From Adineta vaga (Eukaryota; Animalia; Rotifera): a stretch of DNA of 64,000 bases. The position numbers were made by a program, and so were the translations under genes. The notes below the pieces were generated by a model that was given only the letters and a program-made list of their open reading frames with translations, was not told the origin of the DNA and searched no databases. The stretch covers positions 15,004,001 to 15,068,000 of the forward strand of contig CP075494.1 of assembly GCA_021613535.1 (NCBI GenBank), given 5' to 3'. Below are positions 38,388-50,680 of this stretch, one piece after another. Position 1 is the stretch's first letter. Each line of letters begins with the position of its first letter.

Positions 38388-41032
38388 TTATAAATATTTT
38401 CGGGAAACATGTTCTTGACGACTTCTATATAAATACAAAAGAATCGAAATGAAATCAAAGAAATCTGTTTCGAATAGTTACTTGAATGTCAAATAACCAA
38501 TTATAACAACAAGTTGGACGATAATAACAATGAAAAATGTAAATGAACCGACACAGGAACTGTTAGTTGAACTTGTGACGGTTGGACATTTAATTTCTTG
38601 AGACTATAGAAGAGAAAAGAAAGAATTTTATACATTCAATCGAACATTTTCTTACTGATTTTTGTATTAACGTATTTGTTTCGGATTTAATTATTTTAAC
38701 TGTTTCTCTCACTTCATTTAATATCGTTCCATCGAGATTTGAACTAATCACTTGTTTTGCTCCATCTACTGGCCGATTATTCATACTCGTTTGAAGTTGA
38801 TTTACTTTCTGTTGTAAATCAGTTAACACTTGTCTAGAAGCAGAAGAAGAAGAAGAAAAGCGAATGCATTTTGAATAGAAATGAACTTTTAAAATAAAAC
38901 TCACGCAAAACTTTTAATTGTTCGTGTCATATCAGTATTGGAATTGATTACACGATTGATATCTTGAATACGTGCGACATCGACTGGTACAGCTGATCCA
39001 CCCTAGAATTTTCCCAGATAAAAAATGATAATGAAGATCATTCAGTTGATATCTACTTGAGCTTGTCCAGCAATTTGTTGTTGATTAGTAGAAGCTAAAC
39101 CAAGTCGTTCGACACGTCCCAAAATTTCAGCCATTTTTCGATCAATTGTTGTTAATGAAAGACGAATTTGATCTTGACCTTCTAAAATCGTTCGAAATTC
39201 ACGGTCATATTCACTCTCATACTAAAAATTCAATATGATAACAATCAATTGATTATAAAATAGATTTCTTTTCATACCACAGCTTGTTCATTCATTGATG
39301 TTGTTTGATCTGGATGATCCTTTTGATAACTAAAAGGTAAACAAAAGTAGATTCGATTGAAAATCAACAATCATGACATACTCAGCTTGTTGTTTTTTAA
39401 GTTCTTGTTCATATTTTTCATATTCTGCTTGATATTTCTTTGCTTGTTCATCAGTTGCGGCTTGATTTTGTGCTGAAGCTTGTTTATCCGCAAAGGTATT
39501 TGTTAGAAATTCTAATACATCATGATCATCAGCAAGACCACCTGTTTCAGCACTAACACCAAGATAACCAGTTTTGGGTAATTCAATTCCATCGATACGT
39601 GTACAAAATTCAAAAGCATTATCATCTTGTGATATTCCATTATTCAAATAAATCTACAAAGAAATTTTCATTGTTAAATGATAACTTTCTCTTCTATCTT
39701 TACTTACTGTCAATGCTTTATTGATATATTCGATTTTAAGTCGAATAGGTAAAGGTTTATTTCGAAAATCTCGAATACAACTTCCTTGAATTTGACCGCT
39801 ACCATCATGATGATGATCATACGATTTCGTTCCATCATTAACCATCACAGCTATAATTGGATTATTTTGCTAGAAGGAAGAAAAAAAAAAGAACGTAGTG
39901 AATCTGGTTTGAGAATATTAAATAAGTTGTTGTTTTTTAGTTTTGTATCGGAATCATGAATCAGCCAAGTGATCACAGTCATCATGCTGGGATTAACAAT
40001 CCGACATTTATCTTGCCATCATTGATTAAGAGACACATATCATTGTCTGTTGCCAGACTAAGGACTCTGCCCAATGATGGCATGTAGATTCGAACATATG
40101 TACAAACAGTTTAAACGAAACGACTAAATTAATATGAAAGAACAGATAAAAACGTGAATAAAAGCTCGATATATATACGATTTTTGTGTATGTTCACTGA
40201 GAAGATATTTTAGTGACTAGAAGAAGTACAATAAGCGTAGATATGACACAAAACTTACGAGTTGGGAAGTCTAGGAATTTGGAAAAGTTTTAAAATATTT
40301 GTTTTATTTGATTATACTTTAGATTTTCGTTGGAAAAAAGAAGTTTTTTGTTTTTTTTTCATTTTTAGGTCACTTACTAATGCATCATTATCAAATGAAT
40401 CAAGAAAAACACCTAGACCATTCCAATGATCATTTGAACCAAATACTGGACCTTCGACACCTGATTTTTCGGTAAACCAAATCGCCTAAAAGAAACGAAG
40501 ACAATCATAATGAACAAACGAGATTTTAAAAGTCAACAACATCTGCTTTTTTTTTCCAATGATTACATAAGAAAAATCTTATCTCTTCTTACCATTCCAT
40601 CAGCACCAACACGACCTCGACCAGAAACACGTAATTTCACATCAAGAAGCCAATTATCAGCCGCCATAGTATTTTTACTCCAAATCCATCCTATTCCATA
40701 AAATATTCAATTCAAACTCGAAAAACTTCGACTTTACCTTTTTGACTTCGAATTGAAGGTGTTACACGCACTTGATCATCACTTGCAATAGCACCTAAAG
40801 AAGTCATTCGATAAAATCTATTTATTCTTTTGAACTTAAACATTATCATACTTCCACCATGTGTCCAAAATGGTACACTTCCATCTTTAAAAGCCAGATG
40901 AGGTCCTTTGAATGATAATTTATATTCAAATCTTTTCGTCAATTGTGGATTTATTACAGATGGGTCAGTGAATGCGGATAGAAGTTTAATCGAATAACAT
41001 ACGATTAGAATGTAGTGATAGAATCTCATCAT
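38388..41032 (-). CDS. LMAN1: ERGIC-53 L-type lectin
   Basis: RFEYKLSFKGPHL, GRGRVGADGM, FDSFDND, HHHDGSGQ, GVSAETGGLADDHDV, coiled-coil stalk, TM, tail SRQEHVSRKYL. Confidence 0.94.
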
Positions 41033-41708
41033 AACTCTTGAAATCTGACGATACGATGGTGGAAAATAATCTAGATTATCAGAGAAAAAAAAGCAAACGA
41101 AATAAAAATCAATCACCAATCAAGTTTCTTGGCCAGGTGTTGAGTATTTATTTGATTTGATCGTCAGCTTGACGCATCATATCAATTTTTCCACGAATGA
41201 AAATTAATTATCAAATGAAAAACTATAAAAGAAAATTTCTTTTTCTTATTCATAATAATAATTAAAATTTTTCTGTCTCGTTTTCTACTTGTTCAACAAA
41301 AAGAAGATGTCGTTTTTGCATATTCCTGTCCAACACATCGATTTCTTATTAGTAAAGACAAACTAACCAATCATAGATAATTCAAACTTTTTCACTCCAA
41401 AACTCAACATTTCCTCACAAACAAGATTTTATTTCAAACCATGAGATATGTACATCTCGTATGACCTTTGTAAACTCTTACAAATACATGAAATCAAATA
41501 TATTCTTTCAATTTGTTTTTAATAAATAATTATCATAATCTATTTCTAGCATTTACAAACACACACATACATATACACATAACAAACTAAAATAATCGTA
41601 TATATTTTCCTTCTTCTGTTATTATAGAATCTTCATATTATGTTGCTCTTTTTTTTTTATAAAGGAAGAACAAAAACAAATACATTTATATATAATCGAG
41701 AAAACAGA

Positions 41709-43731
41709 TCACAGTGGTGTAGTAGGACGCTGTTCATTATTATAAGCATGGAGTAAACGTTTTTTTAAGGGACCATTGGGTTCGGATGATGACGGTGATG
41801 AGGAACTCGACTGATTAAATGTATTCGAATACGATCGTTGTCTTGGTGGATCATGCCCATCAACTCCCATAAACATCGACTAAAAATAGAATAAAATATT
41901 AATAAAATATTTGCTTGACAAAGCATCTCTGTTAACTAATTGCATTTTTGAACAAACTTTCTAAAATTTATGTAAATATTCTAGTGAGATATGATGAAAA
42001 TTCTTCTATCAACCATTCTGCTGATGGATATTGTAAAAAAATAAAGATTGTTTTTAATTTTGCTAATTAATAAACCTAGTGATCTCTCATATTATATTTA
42101 GATTGTATATTTATAGGTAACAGACGTTGTAACAAGAAAAATGAGTATGCCTTTCATAATGTTTAATTTGTGTTATAAGTATTTCTCTAAGAAATTATTG
42201 TAAAATACTTACTTTTGCTTTTCGTGGAATAGATTCTGCAAGATTGCTACTACTATTCGATCGACTTGTTGAAGAAGATATATGTGGTAATGGTATTGGT
42301 AAAGATAATTTAGTTGCATGTGAATATCGAGGAAAATTGTAAGGCAAGGAGTCATTATTAGAGGGAGGAGAGTCTCGATGAACATTAAATTGATTGAAAA
42401 GTGTCGAATTCATATTGTGTTTTGAATATGGATAAGATGATTGATTTGTAGAATTCACCGGGAGATCGAATTGTTGGGAATTTGAATGACGAGAACGTTT
42501 TGATGGATCGAAATGAAGAAATTCATTTGAAGAATGAGATGGATGGTTGGATGGTGTAGAATTTGTTGCGGAGGGTTCAAGTTCAAACGGTTGATGAAAA
42601 GAAAACGGTGGGATATTGGATATCGGAACTGATGGAAATAAATTAGTTCTTTTTAGAGAAAAAGAAAAAAACATGTTTTGAAAGAGAATTTAGAAAATTT
42701 CATTTTACCTTTTACGTTTTAATTTTGATTGAGTGGATGATTGAGCGTTTGTATTACTAGAAGAATTGAGATTTTGAGATATTCTCGATGAAGAATCTAA
42801 AGAAAAGATTTTAATTAATTGGATTCTTTTTCGAATTGAAATTTACTATTTCGTTGAAGTGCAGATGATGAATGATCATTATCAGGTTTATCCAATTCTT
42901 GACGTATTAAATACTCGAAGTCTCGTGGTACTGATGGTGATGATGTTTTTGTTGGTTTCGAAGGCATTTTTGGGAAACTGTTCGTACGTTCTGAATATTC
43001 AATTTGAAACTAATTTAACCAATTCTTTTATTTTTACAAATACCTGAATTCATAAGTAATGTTCGTGTTATTGAACTGCGTGGTCGTTGATTTCCAACAT
43101 CCATTCCATTATCATTATTATTAGTCATACTTTGAGCCGATTGATCTTCTAGAATTTGCTGCGTAATTTCTAGAACGAAAAATAAAAGATAAGAATTTCA
43201 ATGAAATTATACGTTTTCACCTTCATATTGATGATTATTCAATGGATGACCACCGAGTAACTTTGCTATAGAAGAATTTCTTCGACGTTGTTGTTCAGCC
43301 GTGTCACTTACGATATCTAAATTTGCATAACAAAATCTTTGATTATTAAAAACATACTCAAATGAAGTTCATATTTACCAAGTGTAAATGGTGGTATTAT
43401 TGTCGGAGTTGGAATGTCAGATATTTGAGCAGTTATTGAAGGTGTTGACTTTGTTGGAATGTTATTTATAGGGGTTACAATGGGTACTGTTGCTGCTGTT
43501 GTTGCTGCTGCTGCTTCTTCTTCTTCTGAGTTTGAACTATCATCTATCACAAGTAATGTTGTACAAGGTGGAGAAGAAGATGGTGACTATAAGAAAAAAA
43601 GATTTGTTAAAAAAAAATTAGAAATACAAACTGAGACATACGTTTGTACTAGGAGGTGGCGGTGAGGTATTTTTTGATTGAATTTGTGAAGTATCATTAC
43701 TGTCTTTGACATCCGTGTCAGTCGAGTCCAT
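41709..43731 (-). CDS. Uncharacterised Ser/Pro-rich low-complexity, probably nuclear, protein
   Basis: Multi-exon chain from MDSTDTDVKD to ...NGPLKKRLLHAYNNEQRPTTPL; PLKKR motif; no folded domain recognised. Confidence 0.6.
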
Positions 43732-45187
43732 TATAGTTCTTTTGAAATTCAAAATAAAGATATATCTGAAAAAATGAAAAATATGAAAGATTAATCTTAG
43801 TCCAAGCGTTTGTTCACTTCTTTGACGTGTATTAAATATTATTTCAATTAAATTGAAGAAAAAAAACAACTATAATTCTGACCATCTGACTTTTTCATAA
43901 ATGAAAATCATTGTATACATAAATAAAACAGACGAATAGATAGAAATAACTAAAGTAATAATACACTTTTCTCATTTTCTTCTTCACCATTTCTTCCTCT
44001 TCTTTTCTACTCCATCGTCTCAAAATATTGAGTCGTGTAAACGCATGTAGGACGAGATATTTTTTTCTTGACAAACATACGCACTACTAGATTGGTGAGT
44101 CTGACGGTGAAAAAAAAACCTAGGAGTGACATGAAGAAGAAGAAGAAGAAGAAAAAACTACGCACGCGAAGAATGAAAAGAAAAAAACATAACGGACGGA
44201 TGCGAAAAGAAAAAGAATTGATTATATGTGCAATCATCCTAATAATAAACAAGAAAAAACAAAGATTTTAATATTTAATTCTTTCATTTCTAAACTAGAC
44301 AAAAAACAATGTTATTCCATTGACAATAACATTGACATAAGATTTTTTTAATCAATTATATTCGCTAAATGAACTGGAAAAGAACGTCTGAGAATAAAAG
44401 CGTCTAAATAAGGAAAAAAAACGACATTGTTCAAAATAGTACTTAAAATTAACGAGGTTTTTTTTGCTTGAAAACTAATTTAAGAAAATTAAAAAAAAAT
44501 CATATTTTGTCTTTTAATAACTGAAAGAACTTGATTGATGAGATTTAAACTGATATTAATGAGGATAGTTTACTCATAGGAATATTTAAATCATGACTTT
44601 CTTCGTAATAAATGAAAATTATCTTGAGATTTTAATATCTGTTGTTGTTGTCGCGAAGATTCTCTGTAAGTTAACTCAGTACTTTTCATGAGACTCTATT
44701 ATCAATAAGTTTAGCATGAAGTTTTTCTTCGTTGGTTCTAATGAACATTCTTTTGTTATTATTCCGTTGAGAATTGAGTGGAAAATATGATAAAACTTAC
44801 GGTTGACCTTTTTCGAAGGTCATATGTAATCTGTAACGATATTACCATGAAAATTTTTGTTGATTAGTATTGATTTGAAAATATGAATTCTATGAATAGA
44901 TTATTGATTTGATTTCCGAAAAAAGATCAAGTTGAGACGACAGACGATGCGTCAGTAAAAGAATAAATAAACAAACTGGAATTTCTGATTGTCTACTATC
45001 AGAACCAATCATATTATGTTCGTATGATTGGTAGGAGTAGTAGTAGTAGTCGTATGCAAAACAGGAGGAAAGAAGAAATAAAAGACCTTATTGCGTTTGA
45101 TTTACTAATCGTTTTTCTGTAGTTATTTATCATCGGATGATTTGTTCGTATTCAATCAGATATTTTGACAATTTTTAGATTTTAATC

Positions 45188-46417
45188 ATGTCCACTGACG
45201 AGAAAAATGCAAAAGATATGATGGAATATCGATATTTAGGACGAACTGGTCTTAAAGTTAGCCTTTTATCATTTGGTGCTTGGGTAAATATCTTTAATTT
45301 CGATCTCATATTTTCATTTCATATCATTTCAGGTTACATTTGGTGATCAATTAGATATAAATGAAGCTTATAATTGCATGAAAGTTGCATATGATAATGG
45401 ATGTAATTTCTATGACAATGCTGAAGTTTATGCGGCTGGTAAAGCTGAAACTGTTATGGGTGAAGTTTTAAAACGAATGTTTGAACAAGATGGAATTCTT
45501 CGTAGTGATGTTGTCATTTCTACTAAACTCTATTGGGGTACGGCATATTATCATCCACAAATGAATAACGCGAATTTAAAAGGTTTATCACGTAAACGTT
45601 TGTACGAAGGAATCAAAGGAAGTTTAAAACGATTACAACTTGATTATGTTGATGTTGTTTTTGCTCATCGTCCTGATTTTCAAACACCAATGGATGAAAT
45701 TGTTCGAGGTTTCAATTGGATTATTGATAAAGGTTATGCATTCTATTGGGGAACATCAGAATGGTCAGCCGAACAAATTCGTCATGCATGTGAAGTAGCT
45801 GAGAAACTTAATCTTATTGGTCCATGTGCTGAACAACCACAATGTAAATGAAAATAGTATTCAAATATAATTAATTAGAGAATCGTGTGTGTGTTTTTTT
45901 TCTTTATTTAGATAATATGTTACATCGTACTCGTTTTGAAATTGAATATGAAAATCTTTATAAAGCACCGATTCAATATGGAACAACAATTTGGTCACCA
46001 TTAGCATCAGGATTGTTAAGTGGAAAATATAGTAAAAATAAAAAGTTGGAAGGTGAAGATACACGATTAGGTTTGAATATGGGCGTTTCGAAATGGTTAC
46101 GAGATTCTTTGCAAACTGGTGAAGGTATAAATGGTTTGGAAGAGAAAAATATTGATCGAATTATGAATACGATTGACAATTTGAAACCTATTGCAGACAA
46201 ATTAGGTGCAACATTAGCACAATTAGCATTAGCTTGGGTTGCGAAAAATCCCAATGTTAGTACAGTTATTACAGGAGCAAGTCGATCAAGTCAAGTTGCG
46301 GAAAATTTTAAAGCATTGACATTACTTCCGAAACTAACACCAAATGTTATGAAAGAAATCGAAGAAGTTTTACAAAATCAACCAATTAAACCATACGATT
46401 GGAAAACAATGAACTAA
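45188..46417 (+). CDS. Aldo-keto reductase, Kv channel beta-subunit-like (AKR6)
   Basis: MEYRYLGRTGLKVS...FGAW/VTFG, DNAEVYAAGKAE, STKLYWG, GLSRK, SLKRLQLDYVD, YWGTSEWS, WSPLASGLL; two introns. Confidence 0.92.
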
Positions 46418-46934
46418 ATTGTGTTTTCTTAGCTAAAAAGAATGTTTGACAAGAATACTTTTATGTATTTGTTTTATTGAGATTAATAAAACCGGTGAAG
46501 AATACATCTATTTATTTTCGGCTAATTCTCAGAATATTTTCGAGCAATTATAAATCCTGTCTATATCATCGATTTCATATAAATAAGAAACTGTGTATTT
46601 CTTTTTTTGTCATCATGTTATTGAAGAACCGATTAGCCTATTTCTTCTAGTAGAAAAAATCGTATTATATTTCTCTTAAAAACAATTTAATTACTTGTAT
46701 TCATGCATACATAAACATAAAGACAGAGAGGAAGGTCACCAAAGCTGATTATGAAATATTATTTCTACTAGTAATATCAAATTCTATTTTTGTTTCTACT
46801 GAATATGTATTATTAATCATATTGAGAATGTGAATAATGTTGTTTATTTGAAGAACAAAAGCAACCTATACAACTATGTATAAAATAGCCAAAATAACGG
46901 ATTTCATTTCATTCATTCAGCCTTATCTTCATCT

Positions 46935-47367
46935 ATGGATAAAAATTATGCACCATTAACTGCCGATGATAATGAACTTTGGGAAAGAGTATATCCTATA
47001 TCAAGTTTTTTTGACAAAAAAGAGGTAAACATTGACTTTGTTTTTTATCGTAGCATGCACAAGGCATTCGAAAATCTGTTCGTGAAGCATTTTCATCCAT
47101 TCCAGAAAGCTTTGAATTGAAACCAGCGACAATTCGTAAAATAGGAGGATGCGGAATGTTCTATGATTTCAAGGTATAGTAAAAATATTTTCTTAATGTT
47201 TAATTAATGGTCTTTTTTGAAATATTAAGATCGGTTTACCAGATGGTCAATATGCAAAAGTTTCATTTCATACCGGCGGTTATCAAATACGACCTGAAGT
47301 AAATGTGCCGAAAAAAGAACAAAAATATACAGTCGATCCGGAACCAAGTCCATCGAAAGACGAGTGA
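46935..47367 (+). CDS. Small divergent stefin/cystatin-like protein, paralogue 1
   Basis: Spliced ~103 aa with no signal peptide; RKIGGCGMFYDFKIGLPDGQYAKVSF parallels stefin KSQVVAGTNYFIKVHV. Confidence 0.5.
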
Positions 47368-47646
47368 AAAATCATCGATTTTTCTGCTTAAATTTAACGA
47401 TTTATTTTTAACTAACAATGAATCAAAGAATAAATAAAAATATCTTTTTTGTATGAAAAACAAATTCAAATGTGTTGTTGTTATTCTTTTTGATGAGCAT
47501 AATCAATCATACTTAAGCGAAATATCGCCTTTCAAACTTTTGTTTTTTACGTTTTCTTTGATTAGTTAAAGAACGCAGAAAAAAAGAGATTAACGATATT
47601 CATAATAATACATAGAGGAAAATATTAACGTGTTTGTAAACAAAAA

Positions 47647-48007
47647 ATGGATGATGGATATCAATCATTAACTGATGATGATCAAAAACTTTTCGAACAA
47701 GTAAATAATATTTTTCTTTGATTTAAAGTTCTTCTTTTGGATTTAGTTTTTGAGAGGTATTGAACAAAAGGTACGTGAAACATTTCCAACAATTCCATAT
47801 AATTTTCCATTGAAACCCGTTGCCATTCGAAAACAAATGGGATGTGGAATATTTTATAATTTAAAGGTAGCATTGCCAAATAATCAATTTGCGAATGTTT
47901 CATTTCATATGGGTGGTTTACGAGCACCATTAAAACCAGGAGAAAAAGAACCGGAACAACAATTTTATGTTGATCCAACACCGAGTGATTCAAAAACAAG
48001 TGATTGA
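47647..48007 (+). CDS. Small divergent stefin/cystatin-like protein, paralogue 2
   Basis: Clear paralogue of 46935; RKQMGCGIFYNLKVALPNNQFANVSF. Confidence 0.55.
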
Positions 48008-48246
48008 TTAATAGCAAAAGAAAATTTCTTCTTTTTTATTGTAGAAAAAGCTATATGATTGTTATCATCGAACGCATAGTTACTCTTATTTTCACACACA
48101 TTTAATAAATCAAAAATAACATAGAAGATTGTCTATAGGTCTCAGTACGGTAATTATAAAAGACGATGATATTAATAAATATTTGACGAGAGACAATACC
48201 TTGTCGAATGAGAAATACCAATCAGATTATAATCACAACATCATTT

Positions 48247-49209
48247 CTAATTGATACAGAATATTGAATAAATAAGATATGTGAACATAAATAAATATAA
48301 CGTTTGTATCGAAGGAAGCAAATTAGAACTAGAAGAACGAGTTGATGTCACAGTAGATGCCTTGGTTATTGTGCTGGACCTAGATGAACTAAGAAAAAGT
48401 AATTGAGAGATTGAAAAATGATAAGACTTTTTATTCTACCTTTTTGAAGTAATAATAGTATTACTCGTAGATTCTGTTGGTTTTGAAGAAGTTCTTTCAG
48501 TCGTAATAACTTTACTAGTATTTGGTTTAGTTGATGTCGATGAAATCATTGATTGAGTAGTACTACTTACTGTAGTAGTAGTAGTAGTAGTAGTAGTAAT
48601 GGTAATGATCGGATTTGTGGTTGTGAATAATTGAGTCGTTTGTCGAGTGGTAGATGGTGTAGTTCTTGAGGTTTCGGTGGTAGTTGTAATTCGAGTTGAT
48701 TTTGCTGTAGTTGTTGGAGCAGTTGGTCTTTGCGTAGTTCTTTTTGTGGTCTTTTTTGTAGTCGTTCTCTTAGTTGTTCTCTTAGTTGTTCTTTTAGTTG
48801 TTCTTCTAGTCGTTTTTTTAGTTGTTCTTTTAGTCGTTTTTTTCGTACTGATCAGTAATGCTCTAAACGAATTACAATATCCATTATTTCTCCGTATTCG
48901 ATCAAGAGATAACAGGTATCTATCTTTTATTTTGTACTTACTTAAATGGAGAAACACATGTTCCGCTAATTATCCTTCGCTTAACTCACAATAAGGATAA
49001 GTTCGTTGACAAGCAACATCACAATCACTCGTATGACAGATATCTGTTGTCAATCTGTTTGAATTTAATAACATATATTCACAAGATGATTGTGTAGTAT
49101 TCGAACTACAACAAGAGCATTGACATTTGGCATTGCTATTGCTTGTATAAATCGAATTCACAGAGAACAATAGAAAACAGAGAATGTATAAAAACATTGA
49201 AGAATTCAT
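48247..49209 (-). CDS. Secreted or GPI-anchored mucin-like protein with N-terminal CxCxCC domain (apparent 1-nt frameshift ~48972)
   Basis: Signal peptide, CQCSCC...C...CxxxxCxxxC...YPYC, Thr-rich stalk, hydrophobic C-terminus. Confidence 0.7.
48735..48846 (-). repeat. 12-bp coding tandem repeat (TTKR/TTKK/TTRR)
   Basis: Repeated tagttgttctct/tagttgttcttt units. Confidence 0.85.
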
Positions 49210-49693
49210 GATACTATTGAAGAGTGTATCATTGGCAACCTTTTATATATACAGATTTCACTTTTCTGACTCATGTTTATCTAGATAAAAATATATGTGT
49301 AATGTAGCTATCGTTGAAGACTATGTTCTTTAGGATAAATTGTGAAATAACAACAACGATTCACGAGTCATATCTCTATTAGTTTTATCTGCATAATCAT
49401 TTCTCACGAAGTTATAAAAGTTTTGTAAGTGATGAAATTCGCTGATAGATTTAGTGATGTTTTTCACCAAAAATACACTTGATTTGATGATCAAATAGAA
49501 TGTATTCTAGTATTTCTTAAGTATTCCTTTTTATGTGGAATTTATTCATGGAATCTACACATGTATACTGATTAGCTACACTGGAGTTAATAATCTTAAT
49601 AAAGGACTGAGACTAGTTCAAGAATCTTTGAGATGTTATTTTAGCACAACGTTTTTTATATTAATTATTGCCTAGTTTATTCTTTAAACATAT

Positions 49694-50369
49694 TTACATA
49701 CGAAAAAATGTAAAAACAATAGTAAAAAGAATAAGATATGAAAAATGAGAAAAAGATTTGATTGCATTGGCGCTTGAGTATGATGTAGTGCTAATACGGG
49801 AACTTGTGGTTGAAATAGTACTTGATCCAGTCTTAGGAGTTGTACTTGTGCTTGATCCAGTCTTAGGAGTTGTACTTGTACTTGATCCTGCAGTCGAGCT
49901 AAATATGGAAACCAAATAAAATTTAGAAAAGATCGACGAATAATAGTCTTTTTAACCATACCTTTGAATGGTTGTGGTAGACCATGGTGCTGTTGGTGTG
50001 GTTGCAGTTGAAGAAGATGGACTTGGTGATGTTGATGATGAACTTGGTTCACTATATGGTACATCAATGATTATTGTATTGTTAGAAGAAATGAGTTTCT
50101 TTGACTTACGATTGCGAACATGTTGTTTGCATTATTGATTTGCCTGATTCACAAAGTGGATAGCGTTGTTTACAAGCATCGAGACATTTGGTATTATCAC
50201 ATGATGCAAGATCTAAGTGAATTGAACCAATATCAGATGGTTTGCATGCAGCTGTTTTTGATGAAATACAACACGTGCATTTACAATCAACACCAAATCC
50301 ACTTGCAAAAGTGTAATTCACACAACAGATTGCAATAAGAAGAACCGATAAAATTGGAGACATATGCAT
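49694..50369 (-). CDS. Secreted or GPI-anchored mucin-like paralogue with CxCxCC domain
   Basis: Signal peptide, CKCTCC...CDNTKCLDACKQRYPLC, Ser/Thr stalk with GSSTSTTPKT repeats, GPI-like tail. Confidence 0.75.
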
Positions 50370-50680
50370 AATGAAATATGTTGGAAATCTATGAAATAAT
50401 GTTACGACGTTCGATATACGAAAATTAGAATTTGTCAAAATTACAGAAGCTTTTATACACTTGTTATCTTGATCTAACAACTGAATTGAATATCTATGTT
50501 ATCTTTAACTTTTGGAAGCCATGTACTTTGTCATCTGCAATAGAAGTTTGTGATAAGATGAAAAATGTATGTGGACTTTGTATAGAAAGTAAATACTCAT
50601 ATATAGTAAGACTTCTTTTATATTTATGAATATGAAATCAAAGTTTATTGAAAAAACTACAAAAAAAATGATCCGTTTTT

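Noticed and set aside
48735-48846. Possible CRISPR-like array
   Set aside because: Spacer-less coding tandem repeat in a eukaryotic mucin gene; no cas genes
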